DNA of 64,000 nt, from positions 913-64,912 of the forward strand of contig JAHOYT010000053.1 of NCBI GenBank assembly GCA_019038645.1. The letters run 5' to 3'. Below the pieces are notes generated by a model. That model was given only the letters and a program-made list of their open reading frames with translations. It did not search any database and was not told where the DNA came from. A program made the position numbers and the translations under genes. Source of the stretch: Bacteroidales bacterium. Its GTDB lineage: Bacteria > Bacteroidota > Bacteroidia > Bacteroidales > UBA12077. Positions 37,176 to 46,331 of this stretch are shown here, piece after piece; the first letter of the stretch is position 1; every line of letters begins with the position of its first letter.

Positions 37176-37748
37176 TTACTTTAATAAAAACCCAACCAGT
37201 TTTTTTGTTGCCCTGGCGCGATGGCTAATTTTATTTTTCTCCTCCATAGACATTTCAGCAAAAGACAAATCACATTCAACTGGTTTAAAAACAGGGTCAT
37301 AACCGAAGCCATCCTTCCCGGTTTTTTCAGTGAGAATTTCACCATCAACCTGTCCTTCAAAGAAATACTCTTTACCATCCAGTATTAACGAAATAACAGT
37401 TTTAAAACACGCTTTACGGTTTTTAATACCCTGAAGTTTTTCCAGAACTTTTTTATTATTATCGTCAAAAGTACATGGTTCGCCTGCGTATCTGGCTGAA
37501 TATACACCCGGCTCACCATTTAATGCATCAATTTCAAGTCCTGTGTCATCGGCAAAACAATTCATTTTATACCGGTCATAAATATAACGTGCTTTCTGAG
37601 AAGCATTTTCTTTAAGTGTCTCATAATCTTCAGGAATTTCTTCTGAGCATCCTATATCTTTTAAGCTAAGTAGCTTAATTTTGTCGCCAAGCAAAAACTG
37701 TACTTCCTTTAATTTATGCTGATTATTTGTTGCAAATACTAATTCCAT
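37176..37748 (-). CDS. rdgB: Non-canonical purine NTP pyrophosphatase (RdgB/HAM1 family)
   Basis: [45 protein letters not shown] and SHRARA. The start is placed at the Met preceding ELVFATNN. Confidence 0.9.
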   Translation of the reverse strand: MELVFATNNQHKLKEVQFLLGDKIKLLSLKDIGCSEEIPEDYETLKENASQKARYIYDRYKMNCFADDTGLEIDALNGEPGVYSARYAGEPCTFDDNNKKVLEKLQGIKNRKACFKTVISLILDGKEYFFEGQVDGEILTEKTGKDGFGYDPVFKPVECDLSFAEMSMEEKNKISHRARATKKLVGFLLK

Positions 37749-37815
37749 CATATTTTTAAAAAAAGTGGATGACATTATAGGTCATCCACAAGAGTTATTA
37801 GAATAATTTTTGTTT

Positions 37816-38646
37816 TTAATAAAATCTTTCCTGTTTTATTAAATCGTCGCGTGGGTTAACAACCATAACGGGGATTTTTGAACTATTGGCAATTATATAT
37901 TGCTCGTGAGCTCCGAGAACATAATCTGTTATACCGATATTTTTTGTTGAAAGAATTAAAATTAAGTCAGCGTTAATATTTGTTCCAAATTCCATAATTT
38001 CAATAGGAAATCCTTTTTTACCTTCCGCAGTATGAATTTCATAATCAATCCCATTGTTATCCATCGCTTTTCTTACAAAAACAATATTGGCTTTTATTCT
38101 TTTAATAAATCCAACATCCGTAGTATTTGGTTTTACGATATGAAATTTAGGATTAAAATATTTGTGAAGATAACTTACCCAATTAAGCGTTTCTTTGCTT
38201 TCCCTTTTAAAATCGATTGGAAGAATAATATCTCTCAGGTCTGTTTCATTTGGTGGCTCCTGCACCACAACAAACGGAACTTTTGAGCTTACAATAACCT
38301 TAAGAGCCCAGCTACCAGTAAGCTTTTGCATTCCTCTCAGGCCATGAGTACCCATAATTACCAATTCAGAATCTACTTCTGTAGCAACTTCGCCTATTGT
38401 AGTGAAAATGCTTCCTGTTCGCACTATTGCCTCAATTTCTAATCCATTCTTTCCTCTGTTATTATCTGCAACTTCTTTGAGTTTCTCCAGTGCAGCATCA
38501 TATTCTTTATCAGTTTTGATAATATGAACCAGAATAATCTTTTTGCTTTTTGCTTTTTCGGCAAATTTATATCCGTGCAATAAAGCGTATTCAGCTACAT
38601 TTGTAAAATCCCATGGAATTACAATAATATGATTCTCGTTTTTCAT
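37816..38646 (-). CDS. Tandem-domain universal stress protein
   Basis: Two Usp-like halves, with LVIMGTHGLRG in the first. Confidence 0.8.
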   Translation of the reverse strand: MKNENHIIVIPWDFTNVAEYALLHGYKFAEKAKSKKIILVHIIKTDKEYDAALEKLKEVADNNRGKNGLEIEAIVRTGSIFTTIGEVATEVDSELVIMGTHGLRGMQKLTGSWALKVIVSSKVPFVVVQEPPNETDLRDIILPIDFKRESKETLNWVSYLHKYFNPKFHIVKPNTTDVGFIKRIKANIVFVRKAMDNNGIDYEIHTAEGKKGFPIEIMEFGTNINADLILILSTKNIGITDYVLGAHEQYIIANSSKIPVMVVNPRDDLIKQERFY

Positions 38647-38744
38647 AAACCACCAGATTTATTAAAAATCAACGTTTGTAAATAAAAAAATTCTTATATT
38701 ACAACTTAATAATTTTGGATTACCAAGTTCCAAAAAACCAAGTT

Positions 38745-41700
38745 ATGTATTTTAAAATAAATTTCAGTAAAAATACACTTTTTTTTTCCATCATTTTTTT
38801 AATTTATTTATTCCTTTTTTCTTTTAATGGTTATACTAATAATATAGGGAATCCATATATACAACGTATAATTCTTAGTAATTATGGTTTTAATAATAAT
38901 AATTTTTCGATTTTACAGGATTTTAGCGGAATAACTTATATAGGAAACACAAATGGTATTATTCAGTACGATGGACATTTCTTTGAAATTTTAAAAGCAC
39001 CTGGCAACCCTTCAATGGATATAGACCACAATGGAGTCATATTTGTTGGAGGAGAAAATGATTTTGGATTTATTCATAAAAATAATTACGGCAAATCATC
39101 ATTTCTGTCGTTTGCTGATTCATTGAAACCAAATATTAATTCCTTCGGACAAATTCATACGGTAGCATGTAGACAAAATGACGTGTATTTTTGCGGCGAA
39201 AAAATCCTTTTTAAATGGAATGGTAAAAATGTTTCTGTTGAAGATACTACTAATACAAAGTTTGATTTATTTAAAGTTAACAATAAGATATACCTTGAAA
39301 AAAGCGGAACAGGGATTTTTGAGTTACTTAACAATAAGTTCATGTTTCTGCCGGGAAGTGAGTATTTTGCGAACAAGGATATTGTTGATATACTCCCGTT
39401 CAATAAACAAATACTTATTAAAACTTTAAAAGAAAAGGGCTTTTATTTAGTTGACAATTATTCAGTAGAGCCATTTACTACGAACGCAGATCAGTTTCTT
39501 TCTGAAAACTTATATTCTAAAGCCTGTGTATTAACTGACGGAACCTACGCTATAGGAACAAGACTTTCCGGAATAATCGTAATTGATAAAAATGGAAAAA
39601 TCATTACAACGATTAACGAACCAGCCGGTTTATTTAACTCCGATGTTAACAACTTATTTGCAGATGCTAAAGGGAATTTGTGGGCTTTACACAATCAGGG
39701 AGTGAGCAGAATTGAAATTCCTTCATCTTATAGTTATTTTAATAAAAATCATGGATTACAAGGCAGCGTTATGTCTGTTATCAGGTTTAAAAATGTACTT
39801 TATGTAGCCACATCTGTTGGAGTTTATTACCTGGAAGATTTATCCGAAAATGAAAATAATTGCCCCAGTTGCCAGATATTTAATCGGGTATCTGAAATTA
39901 AATCAATGTGTTACGATTTTCATCTGTTTAATGATCAGCTATTCGTTTCATCTACAAAAGGAATCTACGAAATATCCGGGAAAAATGCTTTTCTGTTTTA
40001 TAATCGAAATGCCAGTGATATAACATGCGTACTGCGATCCTTCAAAAACCCGGCATACATATATCTGGGACATAACGACGGGTTTTCTGGTATCAGGTTT
40101 ACGGCCGGAATACTGGTTATTGAAAAGAAAATTGTCGGAATAAATAATAAAATAACAAGTATTGCTGAAGATTCGGCTGGAACGTTATGGCTATCCGGAA
40201 ATCAAAACGGGATTTACAAAATTGATCCGTTTGATAATTATTCCGAAAATCTTGAATTTAATCATTTTACAGTAAACAATATACTTCCTGATAGTCTTGA
40301 ATGGATAAATTTATATTCGATAACTTCCGGCACACTCTTTTCAACTTCACAAGGCTTATACAGATTTAATCCCCTAAAAGAAGAGTTTTACAAGGATACT
40401 TTACTTGGAATAGATTTTATTAATACAACTAATTGGGTATATCCAATAGTTGAAGACAATCTGAACAATTTATGGTTAAACATTATCGGGAAAAATAATA
40501 TGCCAAATAAAACATTGTTCAGAAATAATAAAACTGATTCTTTAAAAACGTTGAGGCCTTTACCTCTAAACCGGGTTAAAGATTTTTTTATCACTTCAAT
40601 CCATCCTGATTCTAATGGAATAGTCTGGTTCGGAGGATCTGAGGGTTTGATTCATCTCGACATGAATCAGGAATTACAATTTGACAGCGATTATTCTGTA
40701 ATAATGCATAAAATTACTATTGGTAATGATTCATTAATACACCAATTGCCCTTTGGAAACATAACAAAAACAAAAGAAATTCCAAATAACATTGCTTACA
40801 ACTTAAATACCGTCGCATTTGAATTTAGTGCACCTGACTATGAAAGCGAGAATCAGGTTTTTTATCAATATAAGCTGGATGGTTTTGACGAAAAGTGGTC
40901 GGAGTGGAATGAATCAAACTTTAAAGAATATACCAATCTTTTCGAAGGTGATTATAAATTCAGATTAAGAGCAAAAAATATTTTTAATACTATTTCAAAG
41001 GAATTAGTTTATGAATTTTCTGTGAAACCTCCATTTTACAGAACAACCGTAGCTCTTTTTATCTACATTATTACAACCATATTGTTATTTCTACTAATCG
41101 GAAAATGGAGGGCGTTTTATTTTGCGCGCGAAAAATTCAGATTAGAAAATATTATTCATGAACGAACTGAAGAAGTTGTAATTCAGAAGGAAAAAGCAGA
41201 CAATCTTTTGGAAAGGGTACTGCCAAAAACTACCGCAAAAGAATTAAAAGCCGGTAAAAAAGCAGGACCATACCATTACAACATGGTTACTGTATTGTTT
41301 TCTGACATTCAGGGGTTTACAAAAATTTCAGAACAAATGGATTCGGAACTTCTAATCGATGAGCTTGACAAATTCTTTCTGCAATTTGATACCGTTGCTG
41401 AAAAATATAATATTGAAAAAATTAAAACTATTGGTGATGCTTATATGTGTGCCGGTGGAATACCTGTGAAAAACAGAACGAATCCGGTAGAAGTTATTGT
41501 CGCTGCTATTGAAATGCAAAATTTCATGAAAGAATTAAAACGACAGACAAAAGATGACGCAAAACATATCTGGGATTTAAGAATTGGGATAGATACAGGG
41601 CCAGTTGTAGCAGGTGTTTTGGGGCGCAGCAAAATATCTTATGACATTTGGGGAGGAACCGTTAATACAGCCAGCAGAATGGAAGCATCAGGAGAGCCTG

Positions 41701-42494
41701 GTAAAGTAAATATTACTGAAAATACATATATGCTTATCAAAGATTTCTTTATTTGTCAATACAGGGGAAAGATGCCGATAAAATACAAAGGAGAAATTGA
41801 TATGTATTTTGTTGAAGGATTTATGCCACATTTAGCTTCTGATTTAAAAGGACAGGTTCCCAATGAGCAGTTCTTTACTCAACTTCAGATACTCAGAATT
41901 AATGATGTTGAAGAATTTGTGCTAACCAGGCTGGAAGAAGGTCTGCCGGACAATTTATATTATCACAACGTAAAACATACTATTGATGTAGTAACACAGG
42001 TTGAGCTGATTGGCCGTTCAGAAGGAATTAGCGATGAAGAAATGTTGATTCTTAAAACAGCAGCCTTATTCCACGATATGGGACATTTAATAAATTATGA
42101 TACTCACGAAGAGGAAAGCACTAAACTTGCTAAAAAGATACTGCCACAATACCATTATACTAAGGAGCAAATAGAAAGAATATCTCAACTGATTCTTGTA
42201 ACCCAAATGCCTCCCCAGCCTAAAAATCTTCTTGAAGAAATTATGTGTGATGCTGATCTGGATTATCTTGGACGTGCTGATTTTGTGCCTGTCTCTATTA
42301 ACCTGTACAAGGAGTACCACGAGAGAAAAAAAATAGATTCAATCCTGGAATGGAATCAAATGCAGCTTAAATTCATTAAAAATCATCAGTATTTTACTAA
42401 AACGGCACAAAAGCTTCGCGAAGTAAACAAAAAGAAACAGCTTGAAAATATACAGGAAGAAATAAGACGCGAGATTGAACGAACCGATGAATGA
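38745..42494 (+). CDS. Sensor protein: periplasmic beta-propeller (Reg_prop) + Y_Y_Y domain - TM - class III adenylate/guanylate cyclase - HD domain
   Basis: Propeller repeats and the Y_Y_Y region (YQYKLDGFDEKWSEW ... YTNL.EGDYKFRLRAKN), then the TM helix VALFIYIITTILLFLLIG. Cyclase motifs are VLFSDIQGFT, IKTIGDAYM, RIGIDTGPVVAGVLG and YDIWGGTVNTASRMES. The HD domain is YHNVKHTIDV ... LFHDMGH ... DADLDYLG. ATG at 38745 is preferred to TTG at 38715. Confidence 0.85.
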   Translation: MYFKINFSKNTLFFSIIFLIYLFLFSFNGYTNNIGNPYIQRIILSNYGFNNNNFSILQDFSGITYIGNTNGIIQYDGHFFEILKAPGNPSMDIDHNGVIFVGGENDFGFIHKNNYGKSSFLSFADSLKPNINSFGQIHTVACRQNDVYFCGEKILFKWNGKNVSVEDTTNTKFDLFKVNNKIYLEKSGTGIFELLNNKFMFLPGSEYFANKDIVDILPFNKQILIKTLKEKGFYLVDNYSVEPFTTNADQFLSENLYSKACVLTDGTYAIGTRLSGIIVIDKNGKIITTINEPAGLFNSDVNNLFADAKGNLWALHNQGVSRIEIPSSYSYFNKNHGLQGSVMSVIRFKNVLYVATSVGVYYLEDLSENENNCPSCQIFNRVSEIKSMCYDFHLFNDQLFVSSTKGIYEISGKNAFLFYNRNASDITCVLRSFKNPAYIYLGHNDGFSGIRFTAGILVIEKKIVGINNKITSIAEDSAGTLWLSGNQNGIYKIDPFDNYSENLEFNHFTVNNILPDSLEWINLYSITSGTLFSTSQGLYRFNPLKEEFYKDTLLGIDFINTTNWVYPIVEDNLNNLWLNIIGKNNMPNKTLFRNNKTDSLKTLRPLPLNRVKDFFITSIHPDSNGIVWFGGSEGLIHLDMNQELQFDSDYSVIMHKITIGNDSLIHQLPFGNITKTKEIPNNIAYNLNTVAFEFSAPDYESENQVFYQYKLDGFDEKWSEWNESNFKEYTNLFEGDYKFRLRAKNIFNTISKELVYEFSVKPPFYRTTVALFIYIITTILLFLLIGKWRAFYFAREKFRLENIIHERTEEVVIQKEKADNLLERVLPKTTAKELKAGKKAGPYHYNMVTVLFSDIQGFTKISEQMDSELLIDELDKFFLQFDTVAEKYNIEKIKTIGDAYMCAGGIPVKNRTNPVEVIVAAIEMQNFMKELKRQTKDDAKHIWDLRIGIDTGPVVAGVLGRSKISYDIWGGTVNTASRMEASGEPGKVNITENTYMLIKDFFICQYRGKMPIKYKGEIDMYFVEGFMPHLASDLKGQVPNEQFFTQLQILRINDVEEFVLTRLEEGLPDNLYYHNVKHTIDVVTQVELIGRSEGISDEEMLILKTAALFHDMGHLINYDTHEEESTKLAKKILPQYHYTKEQIERISQLILVTQMPPQPKNLLEEIMCDADLDYLGRADFVPVSINLYKEYHERKKIDSILEWNQMQLKFIKNHQYFTKTAQKLREVNKKKQLENIQEEIRREIERTDE

Positions 42495-43292
42495 TTAATA
42501 TTCCAGTTCTACAGAATAACCATTATGTTTTCGAATATTTAATACTCGGCCTTCATCAAAAATTAAATACTGCCCTTTTATTCCCATTAGTTTCCCCCTG
42601 ACACTATTTTCCTTATCAAACGAAAATGAATTCACTTTTTCGGGATACTCTAACACAGGATAGTTTATTTCTATTATCTCATCATCTTCGATAAAATACT
42701 TTACAAACTCCTTTTTTACTAATTCTTTAGCTCTGATTTTTTGCTCAGGCAAATTAACTTCGTCATCAATTTTATTTGTAAGCATATTACGCCAGTTTGT
42801 TTTATCGGCAAAATGCTTTTTAAGATTTACTTCCAAAAGTCCGGCCGTATTTCTATTTGGAACCCGAGCAATTTTTATAGCATAGCATGCTCCCTGATCA
42901 ATCCAACGTACAGGAACCTGAGCCAACCTTGTAACACCAACTTTTAACCCGCTCGAAATAGCTAAATATACAATGTGGTCCTGCAGGCAATGATCTTTTG
43001 ACCATTCCATATCGCGCGAAATGCCTTCATGAGCACGACACATTTCGGGTCTTAAAATACAATTGTCGGTTTCTGGAGCAGTCCTAAAACAAGGAAAACA
43101 ATAACCCTGATGAAATGATTTATTTGTTTTTCGGCCACATCGTATACAATTGATTTCATTTAAATAAGTAATGGAGATATGTTGACCAATTAAATCGTTC
43201 ATGTGAATTTTCTGATCTCCTAATACCAAATAATAGTCAACCGGATTATTGAACTCTGTAGTCATTTTATGTAAAGAGCCTCTAATTTTCAT
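42495..43292 (-). CDS. DUF2797-like zinc-ribbon protein
   Basis: Cys clusters CIRCGR...CFPCF and C...C, length 265 aa. The family call is from memory. Confidence 0.55.
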   Translation of the reverse strand: MKIRGSLHKMTTEFNNPVDYYLVLGDQKIHMNDLIGQHISITYLNEINCIRCGRKTNKSFHQGYCFPCFRTAPETDNCILRPEMCRAHEGISRDMEWSKDHCLQDHIVYLAISSGLKVGVTRLAQVPVRWIDQGACYAIKIARVPNRNTAGLLEVNLKKHFADKTNWRNMLTNKIDDEVNLPEQKIRAKELVKKEFVKYFIEDDEIIEINYPVLEYPEKVNSFSFDKENSVRGKLMGIKGQYLIFDEGRVLNIRKHNGYSVELEY

Positions 43293-43462
43293 TCTTTTAA
43301 CTTTTTTATCAAAAATAATACAATTTTTTATTATTGATAATCAATCACTTAAATCGTGTAGTATAAATATCTTACTACTATGTGTTGCATGGTACTTGTT
43401 TTTTTATATATCTTTGTATTGTCAATTTGCATGCATAAGATAGTACTATAAATAATTAAAAA

Positions 43463-44083
43463 ATGAAAACAACAATAACAATAAACCTTGGAGGAATAGT
43501 ATTTCACATTGATGATGATGCTTATGAAATACTAAACACCTATTTAATTGCAATTGAAAAGCAATTTTTAAGTGAAGACGAACGCACCGAAGTTATGTCG
43601 GATATTGAGGCCCGCCTTTCCGAATTATTTACAGAAACTCTTGGAGAAAAAAGAGATGTTATTATGAAACAAGATGTTTCGACGGTAATTGAAATTATGG
43701 GAGAACCGGAAGACTTTATGGACGATGAAGCTGCAAAAGAATCTGCCAGGTCAACGGACCGGGGATATAAAAGGAAAAGAATGCATTATAAAACCGCAAA
43801 ACGGTTGTATCGCGATCCCGACAACAGAGTTCTTGGTGGCGTATGTGGTGGGCTAAGCGCGTACTTTAATACTGACCCTATTGTATTTAGAATAATTTTT
43901 ATTCTTATAGCTTTAGGAATGGGCTCCGGTCTGATTATCTATATTATTCTCTGGATTGCTATTCCGGAAGCGAATACAACAGCTCAAAAGCTTGAAATGA
44001 GAGGAGAGCCAATCACCATTGAGAATATTAAAAAAGCTGTACGCGACGAATTTGAAAATGTTAAAAGAAACATGAAATTCTAA
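43463..44083 (+). CDS. PspC-domain membrane protein (short form)
   Basis: The PspC motif RLYRDPDNRVLGGVCGGLSAYFNTDPIVFRIIFIL is followed by a TM helix. Confidence 0.75.
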   Translation: MKTTITINLGGIVFHIDDDAYEILNTYLIAIEKQFLSEDERTEVMSDIEARLSELFTETLGEKRDVIMKQDVSTVIEIMGEPEDFMDDEAAKESARSTDRGYKRKRMHYKTAKRLYRDPDNRVLGGVCGGLSAYFNTDPIVFRIIFILIALGMGSGLIIYIILWIAIPEANTTAQKLEMRGEPITIENIKKAVRDEFENVKRNMKF

Positions 44084-44137
44084 AACGGTTCTAATTAAAT
44101 AATATAATTCTTATTTCTACACTAAAAATCAGAAAAA

Positions 44138-44479
44138 ATGAATCTCGAAAATACAAAAGCTCAGATGAAAAAAGGCGTACTGGAATTCTGCATACTTTCA
44201 ATTTTATCAAAGCAGGACTACTACGCTTCCGACATCATTAAGGCAGTAAAAGAAGCTAAAATGATTGTTGTTGAAGGAACCCTTTACCCTCTCCTTACCA
44301 GGCAAAAAAATGCCGGGTTATTAAGCTATCGCTGGGAAGAATCGACACAAGGACCACCACGAAAATATTATACCTTAACAGAAAAAGGAAAGGAGTATTT
44401 GGGTGAACTTAAATTATCGTGGGAAGAGCTTGTCGAAGCAGTTAACTCGATTAATAACCAAAAAAATATAAAATCGTAA
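44138..44479 (+). CDS. PadR-family transcriptional regulator
   Basis: GVLEFCILSILSKQDYYASDI ... EGTLYPLLTRQKNAGLL ... RKYYTLTEKGKEYL. Confidence 0.9.
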   Translation: MNLENTKAQMKKGVLEFCILSILSKQDYYASDIIKAVKEAKMIVVEGTLYPLLTRQKNAGLLSYRWEESTQGPPRKYYTLTEKGKEYLGELKLSWEELVEAVNSINNQKNIKS

Positions 44480-46068
44480 TGAAAAAAACAATAAAAATCA
44501 ATATAGGCGGTGTTATATTTCATTTAGATGAAGACGCATATCAGATTCTGCAAAATTATCTTACTGCTATCAATCAGCGATTTGCATCTACAGAAGAAGG
44601 AAAAGAAATTGTTTCCGACATTGAACATCGTATTGCAGAAATTCTGCAAAGCAAACTAACTGAACAAAAACAGGTAATCACAAAAGAGGACGTTGACGAA
44701 GTTGTTGAAATAATGGGACATCCTGAAGATTTCGAAAGTGAAGAAGAAAATACAGGAAATGATTATCATCAATATGAAAAAAATACAAAACGGTTGTATC
44801 GTGATCCTGATAATAGAATTCTTGGCGGTGTTTGTTCCGGGATTGCTACATACCTGAATATAGATCCTTTAATTATACGGATTCTGTTTTTAGTTTCCCT
44901 GTTTGCATTCGGTATTATGGCTATTGTATATATTGTTCTATGGGCATTACTTCCGGCAGCTCAAACCACTGCTCAAAAACTCGATATGCGTGGAGAAAAA
45001 TTTAATATCTCCGATATTGAAAAAAATGTGCGTAAAGAGTACGAAACCGTAAAGGACAACTTTAAGAATTTTAAAAATTCTAAAGATTACGATCGTACGC
45101 GTGGCTTTTTCGAAAGCATAATTTACGCAATAGGTGCTTTTTTCAGATTTATTTTCAAATTTGTTGTCGCAGTTATTGGTTTAGCATTGGTCGTTGCGGG
45201 AGTTGGTTTTCTTATTGGTCTGACAGGAACGTTAGTCATAGGAGAACCTTTTATGCCCTGGAATAATATTTTTATTAATGATCATGTAATCTTTACAGAC
45301 ATGATCCACTCTGTTACTGATCCGAATACGATCTGGATAGTAACAATATGTGCAGTGCTGGTAGTATTTATTCCCCTAGTTGCTATTATTTACGGCGGCT
45401 TTAAATTGTTACTCGGAGTACGACCACACGACAGACCAATTGCTGGAATTGGTTTTGTAGCATGGCTGCTCAGTTTAATAGTACTTGTTGTAATTGTTGG
45501 ACTACAGGTAAAGAATTTCTCGGTATCGGTCAAGGATGACGAAAGAATAGTTGTTAATGAATCAGCAACCAAAACACTTTACCTGAAAGCACGTGAAGAT
45601 AAATCTGTTGCTACATCAAAATTCTATATTTTCGATAGTGAATTTAAAATAATGTACGATGAAGATGATGAAAAACATTTGTATGCTTTCCCTGAAATAG
45701 ATATTATTAGTGGTTATTCAGATCAGGTAATTATTGAAATTATTAAAGAAGGTCGTGGATCGGATCGAAGTGAGGCTTTGCGAAATGCCAATAACATTGA
45801 ATATCATGTGGTTCAACAGGATTCGATTATTTTATTCGACGCAATATACACTTTAGTTGATAAAAATAGATGGAGATTTCCGGAAGTTGATATTACCATA
45901 AAAGTGCCTGAAGGTTATATCTTATACTTAGATGAAAGTATTGAAGAACAGCTGGATTATATTAAGAAAGAAAGATATTACCGAAACGACAAAATGGTAA
46001 ATAAATACTGGATAATGACTGACGAAGGCCTGGAAAAATATTACAAAGTAACATATGATGACGAGTAA
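44479..46068 (+). CDS. PspC-domain membrane protein (long form)
   Basis: RLYRDPDNRILGGVCSGIATYLNIDPLIIRILFL, several TM helices and a long C-terminal domain. The start ATG overlaps the padR stop (TAATG). Confidence 0.75.
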   Translation: MKKTIKINIGGVIFHLDEDAYQILQNYLTAINQRFASTEEGKEIVSDIEHRIAEILQSKLTEQKQVITKEDVDEVVEIMGHPEDFESEEENTGNDYHQYEKNTKRLYRDPDNRILGGVCSGIATYLNIDPLIIRILFLVSLFAFGIMAIVYIVLWALLPAAQTTAQKLDMRGEKFNISDIEKNVRKEYETVKDNFKNFKNSKDYDRTRGFFESIIYAIGAFFRFIFKFVVAVIGLALVVAGVGFLIGLTGTLVIGEPFMPWNNIFINDHVIFTDMIHSVTDPNTIWIVTICAVLVVFIPLVAIIYGGFKLLLGVRPHDRPIAGIGFVAWLLSLIVLVVIVGLQVKNFSVSVKDDERIVVNESATKTLYLKAREDKSVATSKFYIFDSEFKIMYDEDDEKHLYAFPEIDIISGYSDQVIIEIIKEGRGSDRSEALRNANNIEYHVVQQDSIILFDAIYTLVDKNRWRFPEVDITIKVPEGYILYLDESIEEQLDYIKKERYYRNDKMVNKYWIMTDEGLEKYYKVTYDDE

Positions 46069-46213
46069 TTATTAGCGAAATTATGTGTGATTGGATTATT
46101 AAATTTGAAGTTTGATAATCCAATCATTTTTTTGCATAAGTCTTTTTTTCAAAAAATCTTATAAAAATATTTGCAGACAATAATTTTTTTTTAAATTTGC
46201 ACACTCAATCAAT

Positions 46214-46286
46214 TGTCCGATGGTGTAATTGGCAACACATCTGATTTTGGTTCAGAAGAGTCCAGGTTCGAGCCCTGGTCGGACAA
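46214..46286 (+). tRNA. tRNA-Gln (anticodon TTG)
   Basis: TGTCCGATGGTGTAATTGGCAACACATCTGATTTTGGTTCAGAAGAGTCCAGGTTCGAGCCCTGGTCGGACAA. The acceptor stem is TGTCCGA/TCGGACA, the anticodon loop is TT-TTG-GT, and the T-loop is GGTTCGAGCC. Confidence 0.95.
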
Positions 46287-46287
46287 C

Positions 46288-46316
46288 AAAAACCCAGCTA
46301 TTTAGCTGGGTTTTTG
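46288..46316. terminator. Terminator hairpin after tRNA-Gln (also faces the convergent peptidase gene)
   Basis: CCCAGCT-attt-AGCTGGG with an A-run before and TTTTT after. Confidence 0.7.
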
Positions 46317-46331
46317 TTTAAATGATTTTAT

